The notes below the pieces were generated by a model. The model made no database searches, was not told the origin of the DNA, and worked only from the letters and a program-made list of their open reading frames with translations. The translations under genes were made by a program, and so were the position numbers. A stretch of DNA of 63,145 bases, the filler included, from Perkinsus chesapeaki ATCC PRA-425 (lineage: Eukaryota; Protista; Perkinsozoa), in the NCBI GenBank assembly GCA_013115145.1. It is 7 parts of 7 records of this genome, joined end to end, with 100 filler letters (N's around TTAATTAATTAA, not from the genome) between each part and the next. Parts side by side here need not be neighbours in the genome. Positions count along the whole stretch, not along the records: positions 1,255 to 21,177 come from JAAPAO010000631.1; positions 21,278 to 52,058 come from JAAPAO010000432.1; 5 more parts are not named here. The stretch is one strand, 5' to 3'. Each line of letters opens with the position of its first letter. Positions within the stretch are counted from its first letter, which is position 1. Positions 12,201 through 23,366 of this stretch are shown one piece after another.

Positions 12201-15200
12201 TGCCCGGTCGGCGCGAACATACGCAGATCTGCGAAATCTGTCAGATTTAATCTGAAGCTTGCTCCAGTTGTCCATAAACTCGCCGCGCACTCTTAGGAGG
12301 TCCCCAGGCTAGTCAAGCTAGTCAACATTGATAATGCTACTTGTTCCAAAATAGCGCCTGCTGTCTCTCGATCGTCCCGCTTACGTCTTTGGAGACATCA
12401 ACATAGTTCTGGGCGCGCATTCTTTCACATTGCTCGGCTGTGTGGTGATCGACCAGCAGTTTAACAACCTGAACAATGGACCCTTTTCTTACTGCTGTCG
12501 CCGGTATAACTTTTGGTGAACTTAGACAAAACGAGTGCGGGATAAATCTCTACCCGGGGATGTCTCTTGGCCTAGAGTGGAATCTGGATAGTGGAATGTA
12601 TTCCGGTATTCCTGGGTAGTGGAGTACTGGCACGGAATCTGGATACTTATCGCTCAAGTTTAAATGCGTTACTGTCAAGCCCAACATCGCAAAGGCATCA
12701 TTATCGCAACTCTTGACGAGGTCAGCACACTCATAAGGATGAATCACAGGATTGCCGTTTAGGACTAACTCGCTTAATGCAGATGATAAAACGAGTTTGG
12801 AACGTTTCAAGTAAAGTAACTTTGAATAGCTCACCTGATCTGGGATTCCCACACGACACCCTTCGGAAGGACACACCAGCAATCTTGCATCACCCTCCTC
12901 AATCCTCACCTGGAAACAAAGCAACGAAATCAAGCTTGTGAATCGTACACATGCTTTCACGTAAGATGGAGGAGAATAACGCGCCAAGGAAATTCAATAA
13001 ATTTTTGGAACCCGCTCCTATACTTCACGGTCGGGTCGAAATGTAAAGTAGTGAAACACTCGGCATGGAACGAGTACACGATCAGTAACGAAACTTTCGT
13101 TACGAAAGCTGTGTGGAAAACTTGCTCACTTTAATATGGCAAGCCAGACATTCATCGCATACAGGATGCTGGCACGGCAGTAGTTTATAGCATTTACTAT
13201 TATCGTCGGTGAGGTCATCAAAGCACACTGGGCAACGGAGAGGGCAACGTGGAGAGATACCTGAACAGTAACAGTGTGCATCATACACGCCGAAAATGAT
13301 TACCCGGATATCTGAAATAGCGTTATATATATGGAAATAGTCGACGTTGGTATAAATATTAGTTCATTATCCACATTTTTATGGTTTACAGAATGTGAGC
13401 GAGTGAAGAAGCAATGCTAGATAAAGCATTAGTGTATTCAAATGACATAGAAATTATGTGGTATGAATATTCTTAAATATTCTCAACTCTAAACATCCTA
13501 TGATGGGATACGGTGGAATACGGTCCTATGAATATATTAAAAACCTTACCAGAAGTCTGCAGTTCATCTCCCACTGATGTGTCTGCTGTAACCGAATCCG
13601 TAGAAGAAATACCTGTACACAGGAGGTCGACCATCATGTGTGCTTCAGAAACTTCATCACAATTTCCGGAATAGTCTCCAAAACCTTCAAAGACTTCGCC
13701 ATCGAACTAGCGAAGTCACACGGAAGACAGTCCTCAAACTGTCCCCATATTGTACTAAGTGAAAGTTACATAGTTAGATTGGTGGTATTCCAGAAGTGAT
13801 GCACTGATTGCCAGATTAAAAAAGTATACGTTTAAGCCGAAAACGTACACTTAACATGTAGTTATATTTTTCGACTAGTTGTTTGAGTTTTGCTTCCAGT
13901 CGTATTTTCCTGACTTATGGAATTCACTCACCTGGTGTATTTTTCTCCCTCTCGTTCGCCTCCTCAAGAAGATGCTTAGGTATCTTACTAACCCCAGCTT
14001 CCTTCAGCGCTCCAATAGGATCACTTTCAAACCTAGAGGAAGCCCTTTGATATTTTCGTGGCGCGCGACGCTCACGCTTTCGCAGCATCCTCGATCTCAT
14101 ATCGATGATATTTGAGGAGGTTCTCTGCATCAGAGCTGCTGAGGCCGCAATATAGGGACAACTGACAAAAAACTCGTGATTAAAAGCAAAGCAGCATCCA
14201 AGCCAGAGCCGATCTTCATACAAGCCTCGTAGTGCTTCAAGCATTCTAAGGGATCGCTAGGCTGTTAGACTTAGAAAACCAACAAATTGCATGCGCAGAA
14301 GTTTCCAGCGTTTCCAACTAGGACGATCATCTTCCCGTTTCGAAGTGTAGCAAATTTTCCCAATTTATGGCAGCGATCTTCGAAACCATCTGTGGTCAGT
14401 TTCTCAACAATGGTGGGACGTGAAAAGCGGACAGTGATGCGAATATAGCTGACCTCAGCTGTAAGCCGTTGAATCTCGAGTATTCGATCATCGTCGCTCT
14501 CCTGTACAATCGCGGATGAGCCAGCGCCCATTGACCAACTTCCAAGGTTGGTGCTCGTGCCTAGCAAAGCAACACGTGCGTCCATAACGTGTAGGGTGAA
14601 GGCGTATTCCGCGCTGGAGCCTAATGCGAATTTTGGCTGTTTGATAGGTGAATGGATCGATCTATTGATATAGCCAGTCAATCTAAATCGATCGCTTGAG
14701 CGATTACTCACGTCGCTTACACTTCTCATGTGTCTCAAATGTCCGATTCTGCTGTAGAACTTCTGATGCCCGTTCGAACCTCTCCCGAATGCCGCCTAGG
14801 CCAGTGAGATTGCTCCATGAGAGCGATCGTAACTGAATTGAACAGTAAAAGTAAAAGTAAAATGATAGATTTGCCAATCGTAAGTTTTAGTAATAGTAAA
14901 CAAGGTGAGAGCCCATTGGCTCGAAGAGAGCGTGTGTCTTTCAGACCTACACAACCTTGATCATCATCAATAACGAAATCCCGCTAGGTGAGAATCTCAA
15001 CGGAGAAAATGCGAGAGTAGAAAGGCGTACTGTTATACAAATTATAATGTTTACAGTACGCGACATCTAGAAATGCATCTAGTAATACACACAGCGGTAA
15101 TATGTGATGTAATTCCAGAAAAACTCGGCCATTGCACCTTCCTACGCGAATTTGAAAAAACGAAGTCAAGGCTTTGAATGATGATAGGGACCGGATTTCT

Positions 15201-15968
15201 ACTAAGCCTACACAGCTCAAATTGGGCCCTTCGACAGCTAAATCGATGGGAGTCTTGCCGTCGACATTCCGATAGTTCTGTCCTTGCCCATCCGGTAGAC
15301 GCCTCAGCAACGCACGGAGGGTCTCAGGAAGAGCACAAATAGAGCAGAGGTGTAACGGAGTGTTCAATGAAGAATCCACGACCTGACGAAAGATTCGAAA
15401 AATCTCAGAGTGCTATAAGCTGCTCACCAAAAGGTCGTCATCGTCCAGGAAACCAGTTGCTAATAAGTACAAGAGAATGCCCGCCTTTTGGGAATCAGAG
15501 CCGGGACTCCCGCACAGGCAATGAATGGGCAATGAAAACTTGTCGTTGCTGAACAAAAAAGACAAATGACTGCTGAATGTATCCCCGAAACTGCGGGCAA
15601 AGCCAGTCCACCTACCCCATAATATCGCGTTCTTCGTAGACGAAATCCTTGGCATTCGCACCGACGCTTAGCCACCTTTTATTATTCTTTTTGGCCCACG
15701 GTGTGAATATTCTATACCATTTAGCAGGCTTATTGAAGACTCTGGGGCGAACCTGGAAGAATATTGGCCGTGATAAAGCCAAAGGACATACCCTTACCTC
15801 GACGCATGCACGAACCTCGTCGAGGTCACCTCGTTCCAAGGCGTATTTGAGCCTCAACTGTAAATCGTATTGTACAGCATCCTCACTCACAGATTCATGA
15901 TGCCATGGTGCGTGAGGTGAGAAAGATCTTAGAAATGATGATGGCATAGAACAGTAATTAAACTGCAA
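9229..15968 (-). CDS. Ankyrin + RING1-IBR-RING2 + Ariadne-domain E3 ubiquitin ligase (ANKIB1/Ariadne-like), many exons; ends approximate
   Basis: Ankyrin NTPLHL...DGKTPIDLA (15200-15360); RING1 CPVCFDD...CQHPVCDEC and CPSEGC; IBR WCPAPGC...CTCGHEFCFAC...HEPAKC; RING2 TKCIDC...GCNHMTCRQCGGEFCYMC; Ariadne-like helix AQGVLARSFVVLYF (about 9730-9840). Confidence 0.88.
11146..11397. repeat. Intronic 42-bp minisatellite, about 6 degenerate copies
   Basis: Unit TATAGAGGTACTTGGTTATGTCGATGTTGTTATAATATATAA; the 14-aa periodic ORF YLYIIYYNNIDITK confirms the period. Confidence 0.9.
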
Positions 15969-16790
15969 TAATTGACGTTGGGTTCTCCAATCCTCACGGG
16001 AGGTTTAGGTAAAGATATTAAGCCGTGACATCCTCTACTTCCGAGCTAGCTCTATACCCGTACTGTTCCAATGCAAATTCCTTGGCTCCATGGGCTTTTT
16101 GTTTCTATAAGTCTCTGGTAAAATTGTGCTGCCTTGAAATGGTCACTATATCTCCACATTATACTTTACACTACTTCGAGCCTCGACGAAGAGCAATCGG
16201 GCGGGAGGGGGTGGATGTACACTTGTACCGTACAAGTACCGAGTACAACTGGAATACGCAAGCAGGAAGAAACGCTCAGTGACCCACGGTAATGGTGGCG
16301 CCATGCCCAGCTTCTTCGATCTCGCAAATCTTTATCCGTCCAGGGAAGGGAGTGATGCTGACTCAGCATTGCTGGATAAAATAACTAGTCAGCTATGTCA
16401 ACAATGCTTGAGATTCACGCAACACGTTTTTAGAGACCATCGTCGCACTTAAGTTATGTAGGAATAGCATCAACCCACAAAAGACACGGCGCCAATTCGC
16501 ATATGAAAAGGAGCCAGCAGTCGTTACGGCGATATGCAGGAAAGCTGTGAGCAGAAATCGGCCGATCGGCCATTTAGAGCGCACTCATTGAAGCTAAGCA
16601 TTAGCGAATGGGCTTCAAAGTTCACTCATAGACGAAACCCCATCAACGGTGGCTGTGGTGCGCAATGACGTCGCAGAGACCAGCTTTGCCACGTCGTCTG
16701 CAGTTTAGTGATGTAGCCTACAGCTATTTGCGCCCAACGCACGTCGTGCATGCATTAACTTCAGATTCCTTGTGACTACCCAAGAGAAAC

Positions 16791-17207
16791 ATGATGATGC
16801 TCCCCCCTGCCATCCTACTACTCCCGGTGTTCTACTTGCCTGGTGTCCTAGGAGAGCAGCCCTACGATGGAAAATATCGTTATTATTCTGAGCAGCGTGC
16901 GGGTATCGATGTGTTCCTGATGATCACTTCCCAAGTAGGAAATTTGTCTGTTACCGCTACCTGCGACAACATCGGTGATTACGGCTACAGCAATAGTTTC
17001 CAAGTGATTCGTGACAAAAAGCAAATCACTATTAATGGAACCTCCACAAACCCGGAATATCGGAGGATGTTGGACGGGCTCACTACGGGGTGCCCATTGT
17101 CCCCAAGGGCCTCGGTCCCCGATTTGGGTATATTCGTAGTAGATAGGAATTACACGGCTATGATATCTCACCTCGGGAACGAGAGGATCACTCTCAAAAG
17201 GATTTAA
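16791..17207 (+). CDS. Small secreted protein, intronless (paralog of 18729-19187)
   Basis: Signal peptide MMMLPPAILLLPVFYLPGVLG; shares DV.L...G.L...TCD, Y..LD....CP......PDL..F and LKR with the downstream paralog. Confidence 0.8.
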   Translation: MMMLPPAILLLPVFYLPGVLGEQPYDGKYRYYSEQRAGIDVFLMITSQVGNLSVTATCDNIGDYGYSNSFQVIRDKKQITINGTSTNPEYRRMLDGLTTGCPLSPRASVPDLGIFVVDRNYTAMISHLGNERITLKRI

Positions 17208-17589
17208 GCGAGGTTATATGGAGAACCACTAGGAATACATGAGTAGGTTCGAGATTAGTGCAGTTCAACACCATGTGATGGTTATTCTCAGTTTCAAACT
17301 GTGAGGAGCAAGAAGCCGTTCTCACTACCGCGGATGAAGCACCTTCACCGGAAGTTCTGTGTATTCCTTGGCTTGTAGATTACGGCGTTGTACGCAAAGA
17401 CAACACTTTTTTATTACCCCTTTCAACATGCTTTGTGTTGAAGTCCTACTATGGTATCCAGCCTTTGCTCTACCTGTCATAGCTATGATTGTCCGAGAAG
17501 GTCAGTCTGGCTCGTGATTCAGATTGATTGAAACTTGACAAAACGGGGAGCTCAACAGGACCCAGCGCCAATGCCGGCCATCGCGTTCT

Positions 17590-18545
17590 ACTAAAAAACC
17601 TCCATTTGACGATTTCATTGTGGGCAAGGCGCCCATTTCCTCTACGAAAGGCACAATGGAGCGAAGTTACATACGAGCATATGATACTCACTGGCAGCTT
17701 GTGCTATTCTTAGTTCACGGATATGATAGCCGAGTAGTATCAGTAATAGCGAGACCACCACAACGGTAAGCGCTATATCCCTTTTTGTGCGGCGTTTTCC
17801 TCGGTGTCCGCCGTAGAGTGAATGGGTACTAAGTAAGTACCTTGATGTATTTGTCAATCGAGCCGAAATGTTACCTTACGTGGAGCTTATCCGGTCCATG
17901 GCATTCTAACACGTCCCATTAGAGCATTTACATTTAGTGAAATCACTGAAGCCAGTCCGTCATTGCGACATGACAAATCAGCGGGAACGGATAGAGCCCT
18001 GTTATGCTCAAAGTAATCATCCTAGATCGATTCAACTGATTCAGTTGGCAATTCTATAGAGATCCATTAGACGAGATTAAATCTTATAGACAGACCCATA
18101 CTCTTGCATTCAAGTCGTCATGGAGCAGAGCATTTTCATGACTAATACGATACAGGCATGTGGCCGTTTTGTCATAAAACATTGGATATGAGAGTGCAGA
18201 AGTATCCCAATCACCGAGACCACTACTGACAGCCTTCATACTGTTAACCTATATAAAGCATTCTGGTTCAGTTTCCTCCACGCATAAGCCGTAGCGTGCG
18301 TACAGCGGCTCCACTGGAGCCAGCTACATGCTCCTCCTTCGCCTATAAGATCGCTCTCACTTTATGTATAATTTCGATCACTTACTACCGTCCGCCGGTA
18401 CCTTGATTAACATTTTGTATTCCACAAATGTATACCAGTACTTATAACCTGCAACTATTTTGTCAATGATAGTGCAGGGCTAGTTCGACTACATATCTGT
18501 AGACCTAAGAAGTTGTTAACAGCTATTATATTCAATACCACGAGA
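17590..18545 (-). pseudogene. Decayed multi-exon segment with a TM-like C-terminal exon, copy 1 of a tandem segmental duplication
   Basis: Colinear with 19480-20980 by direct reading. Both copies keep WSR..HA.A.AWRKL..NA.Y and CRNDGLASV..L..NA..MPW.G and both contain stops. Confidence 0.5.
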
Positions 18546-18728
18546 GTGGCTAAGAGCGTTCCTTGGAAGCTACACAGGGCTGAGAGTGTTGCCTTTAAGC
18601 TATATACGACCGCCTGATTTCCGAAGCCTTCCGTTCGGTTTGTTACAAGAATGCTTGCGTTGATACACTTATTCGTGAATGATATTTTTCCTTCACATCG
18701 CAGGTCTTAGCAGAAATTCTGATTCAGA

Positions 18729-19187
18729 ATGACCATCCTTCTTCCTCTGCTTCTAGGGCTGGCCGTCCGTGGTTCTAAAGAGTTCCCACTGAAAATATAC
18801 GGTGGCTTCTTTAGATGTATGAACTATCATATCGACTCAAATTGGTTCGATGTGATGCTCCGCGTATATCCCGAAAGGGGGCTTTTGGCGATGGCCTACA
18901 CCTGCGATGGCAAAACTTTCGGCACTTTCGAAGATACCTTCATGAAGGACGGTGACATGTTAGTGCTCAACAGCTCAACTCATCGTCATTCTGGAAAGTA
19001 CCAAAAATTCTTGGATGATTTTGGGGAGAGGTGCCCATCACTCCGCAAGAAGCCATCTTGGCCCGATCTTGCCAAATTCTTTCCCGTGATTGTTCCGGCT
19101 TTTCTTCCCTATGGAGCTATGGAATTTTATGTCAGCGGTTTCAAGTTAGCTTTGAAGAGAGATCCACCGCGGTCAACACCGTCGTAA
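18729..19187 (+). CDS. Small secreted protein, intronless (paralog of 16791-17207)
   Basis: Signal peptide MTILLPLLLGLAVRG; conserved Cys pair and motifs as in the upstream paralog. Confidence 0.8.
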   Translation: MTILLPLLLGLAVRGSKEFPLKIYGGFFRCMNYHIDSNWFDVMLRVYPERGLLAMAYTCDGKTFGTFEDTFMKDGDMLVLNSSTHRHSGKYQKFLDDFGERCPSLRKKPSWPDLAKFFPVIVPAFLPYGAMEFYVSGFKLALKRDPPRSTPS

Positions 19188-19479
19188 GTCACTATTCCTT
19201 GCAAAGTCATCAATAAATATCGAGTAGCTTTTTTTATTGTAATATTACTTTTATCGTAAAACCTCGGAGAGCAGTACCGAGAGCCTAGAAGGCTCGGTGC
19301 GCTCTTCAGTAGAAATATTATCAGTCAATTCGTAAAGAATAATTCTTTGTTGTCCACCAGCTACTCCCTCTCAAAGTCTTATCCATAATCAAACCTAGTC
19401 CCGTTGAGTTCGTCATTCAGTTCAGCAATCATTTCGGTCCACTGATGATCCTAACGTGGGATTCCTCGCTCAGTTGACG

Positions 19480-20980
19480 ATTTTATTGGGAGGCAATGCG
19501 CCATTTCCTATACGAGTGGCAATATGGAGCGAAGTTACGGAAGGGCATATGATGCTCACTGGGAACTTGCAATATGCTCAATCCATGGATATGACAGCCG
19601 GATAGCGATACCACCACCCGCGACCACCATAACGGCACGCCCAATATCCTTCTTTCGGTGCGGCGTTTCCCTCGGTGTGCGCCATAGAGCGAATGGAGCC
19701 CGTTACGTACTTCCTCTTTCTCTTGGATTTATCTAACGAAGGATTCAGTAGATCCTTAGGTATCCATAGTCTGAGGCCTTGCTCGGAAGCTCGTATCATC
19801 CGGAGAGCCGAACGAGCTTCGAGCTGGCCAAAGTAGTGAAAAGAATACTGACCGAATGCAGAACTGTCAGCGACCCGATTTCAGCTGGACACTGAGTGTC
19901 AGACACTCACATTGATATTCCGAGCACTGCCTAATTAGCATCTTCAACTCGCTAAGATTTTCTCATTATGGAAATCACGGTTGGTATAGCATACCCTATA
20001 AGGTGTACGAGCCTATCCGGTGAAGCCTGCAGTGAATAAACGGCCATAACTTGTATCACCGAACGCAGAGTGTTGCACGCTGACAGCGCGACGCTGTTCC
20101 ACTTGCAGTTAGTGCACATATGGAAAAGGTGTTACTTCTGTTAATCAATAAGTGCCTCAATGTATTTGTCCACTAAATGAAAATATCACCCTAGCAGCCT
20201 ATGTGGAGCTCATCCGATCCATGGCATTCCCACGTGTCCTACTCAAGCATTTGCACTTAGTGTCATCACTGAGGCTAATCCGTCGTTGCGACAAAGAGAA
20301 TCGTGGGGAACGGACACAGGCCCGTTACACCCAAAGTGATCATCCTAGATTAGCTCAACTGGTTTGAGTGGCGATTCTATGGAGACCCATTAGACGAGAT
20401 TCAATCTTATAGAGACAGACCCATACTCTTACATTCAAGTCACCATGGAGCGAATCTCTTCTACGACCAATACGATATACGCATGTGACTGTTTCGTAAC
20501 TGGGCATTGGAAATGAGAGTCTGCTGGTATCCCAAGCAGTTACTGCTTAGCAGTAAAACCACTACCGACAACCTTCATACTGTTAACCTATATGAAGCAT
20601 TATGCTCCAGTTTCCTCCATGCATGAGCCATAGCGTGCATGGAGCGGCTCCACAGTGGCTCCACGAAGAAGGGGCCAGCTATGTGGTCCTTCTCCGCCTA
20701 TAAGATTGCTCTGCCGTCAGGTATTATTTTGACCTCTGAGCCTTAACCCACAGATGTTTTCCAGTACTGGATACCTGCAACTATTCTGTTACTGGTGGTG
20801 CAGGGCTAGTTGTGTCGTAAGGGCTTTGGCGTTGCATCACCGGTGGTAGCGGATTCAGGCAAGCGTCGTTGTAAAAGAAGGCACTTCCTTGAGGCAGCCT
20901 CGGCTCTTAAGGCATCACAGCGCTTATATCTATGGACCTCAAAGTTGTTAATTGCTTTTATCTTCTAGAATACCGTAGTA
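19480..20980 (-). pseudogene. Copy 2 of the duplicated segment, with insertions at about 19720-20150 and about 20825-20925
   Basis: Block-by-block similarity to 17590-18545. Confidence 0.5.
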
Positions 20981-21017
20981 GTATTACTATGTATTATTAC
21001 TACGTGAGTAGCGGAAA

Positions 21018-21177
21018 GTGTTACCCGTAAACTGTATAAGTCTAAGAGTGTTACCCGTAAACTGTATAAGTCTAAGAGTGTTACCCGTAAACTGTATAAG
21101 TCTAAGAGTGTTACCCGTAAACTGTATAAGTCTAAGAGTGTTACCCGTAAACTGTATAAGTCTAAGAGTGTTACCCG
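21018..21177. repeat. Perfect 30-bp tandem repeat (5 copies plus a partial) running into the contig end
   Basis: Unit GTGTTACCCGTAAACTGTATAAGTCTAAGA at 21018, 21048, 21078, 21108 and 21138; no spacers. Confidence 0.97.
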
Positions 21178-21277
21178 NNNNNNNNNNNNNNNNNNNNNNN
21201 NNNNNNNNNNNNNNNNNNNNNTTAATTAATTAANNNNNNNNNNNNNNNNNNNNNNNNNNNNNNNNNNNNNNNNNNNN

Positions 21278-22767
21278 TGAATAGAGAGCAAGTACCAAAG
21301 TGTTTGATTACTGATCGAGAGAAAGGCTTCCTAAGTAAGTCATTCCAGAATTTTCTTCTCTCGTTACCGTTCACTATTCATCATGTAACCGGAGCACCCT
21401 ATCAGGGACCCCATGGTGGCCATTATGAACGACTTCATGCTGATATTACTAAATTCCTGAAAGGAGCACTAGTTGCCGCGGGTGAGAATACTTATTGTTG
21501 GTATCGCCATCTTAAACATGCTACTCAGCTTCACAATACTCTTCCTTATGATGAATGTATTGACTTATCTCCTATGGAGTTGTTTCGTGGGTATACACCC
21601 AGGAAGGCTATGGATAATGCTACTGTAGAAGAGACCATTGACAAGTTGCATATGGCCCCACCTCAGGTGTCGAAAGCTATCCGAGATGTTGCCCAGCAAC
21701 TCAAGGAAAATCGTGATATGAAATTCCGAGAGTACAAGAGGTTATGGGAATTACGAAGAAGTGAGGCTTTTGAGAAGGTCCTAGCTAAAGTCCAACAACA
21801 TCGAGATTTCCAGATTAATGTTGTGGTTTATCGCTGGAGACCTGCTGAGTCTAAGCTGAGTGCTTGTTGGGATGGTCCGTGGAGAATTATGGAGCTGCTT
21901 GGAAAAACCAGGGTGATATTATGTCTAATAAAAGACCCTGTTATTCAAAGCTATGAATCTGTGATTAATCTGAAGATAGCCAAATCATATGATGATTCTG
22001 TGTCAGCTTCTGATGACGAAAACGACCACTGGGTGGAGTGTACTAGATGTGGTAAATGGAGAATGGTGACTCGTGAAGAATGTGAACGATTCAAGAATGA
22101 AGATGATCTTGGGTGTGAGGATATGCCCTCGTCATGCGAAATTCGCATTGCGAATCCCCTTGTGACTGGGTGGTTTTAGGATATGATGATGAAGAGTCTC
22201 CCGAACCAGTTGATGAGTCTGAAGTATTACCAACCCCAATAAAGCAACTAAAAGGTTCTATGAGAGGATGTGGTTCCTTAGTAGTATTTTTAGTGCATGA
22301 CAATGATTTTATTCCTACTTTGACTCATTCTTTAGGAGTGATAGAAGAGGTAGATGAGTCAAATTCTTCATTTGTATTAAACACTGGAGAGGACTTAGTC
22401 TCAGTGAGTTCATCCCCAGAAGTTATATGCTATGTTTTTGAAGGTATTGTGAAGACCACTCCGCAAAGTTTTGCTCGACGACCATCTAACTTGATTAAGA
22501 GGACTCTGAGAGATGTTTATGGATGTGAGCTCACAATTTCTTCTTGAAGATGCATAGTTTTTAGATAACTATTGAGTCAGAGGCCGGCGGAGTGTGATAA
22601 TTGATGATTATCCATTTCACCGTGCTTCGCTCCGCTCGTCAATTGTGACATCTTAGGATGATTTTTTGTGTAAGATGTGTTTTACTTAGCCTAGCGCTAG
22701 GGGAACTCAACAATTTATTGTACATATTATATAAGCTTTCTACAATCATTTATTGATTGTGTTATCA
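21278..22767 (+). mobile_element. LTR retrotransposon 3' end: integrase core + GPY/F + CW-type zinc finger + extra C-terminal region, polypurine tract and probable short 3' LTR (about 22593-22767)
   Basis: LITDREKGF...APYQGPHGGHYE (D-37-E), WDGPW, HWVECTRCGKWR; the frame-shifted ORF 22134-22547 overlaps the end; AGGCCGGCGGAG|TG; TGATAA...TTATCA. Confidence 0.82.
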
Positions 22768-23139
22768 ATTCCTTAAGAACAAGGACAACAATTGCCGTAA
22801 CCAGACCTTCAACTACGTTACTAACGTACGAAGTATAACCACTAGCGGCTAGTAAACCTCAACACAGTCTACTGACTTAAGCTCTAGCCTAAGTCCCAGG
22901 CTAGTAAGAACCAGAAGCTCAACTCACTCCTGTCCTTAATCTAACCTAATGTGGCACGAGGTAAGCGCCTGCGCGGGGCCTTAGCACGCATGCACAAATA
23001 CGTGACGCCATCGGTGTCACGGCGCACAATACAATAACAGTAATAACAGAGTAATACCATCGAGTATAAACACCGGAAAATCGTACAATGGTTCACGAGT
23101 CTCCGTACACTGCGCTGGAGCGCACAACGAATTGCTATT

Positions 23140-23366
23140 GGACGAAAAGATCATGTACGAAACGCGCATTGTCAGCATATCTTTGCATGAAACAAGCATG
23201 AACGAAACAATCGTGGACGAAACCTTACATGGACGAAACAGATGTGTATGAAACGAGCACAATCACTTCGGACGAAACGATCCTGGATAAACTGCGATTT
23301 GAGCGAAACAATCTTGGACGGAACATGCCATGGACGAAACAATAATGGACGAATCGCGGTACACCC
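23140..23366. mobile_element. Right end of a GTACAC/ACGAAAC-array non-autonomous element
   Basis: Repeated (G/A)TG(G/T)A(C/T)GAAAC motifs ending ...CGCGGTACACCC; reverse-complement similarity to 50344-50460. Confidence 0.6.

Noticed and set aside
21018-21177. 30-bp repeats of CRISPR-like length
   Set aside because: The units are head-to-tail with no spacers, there are no cas genes and the context is eukaryotic: a minisatellite.
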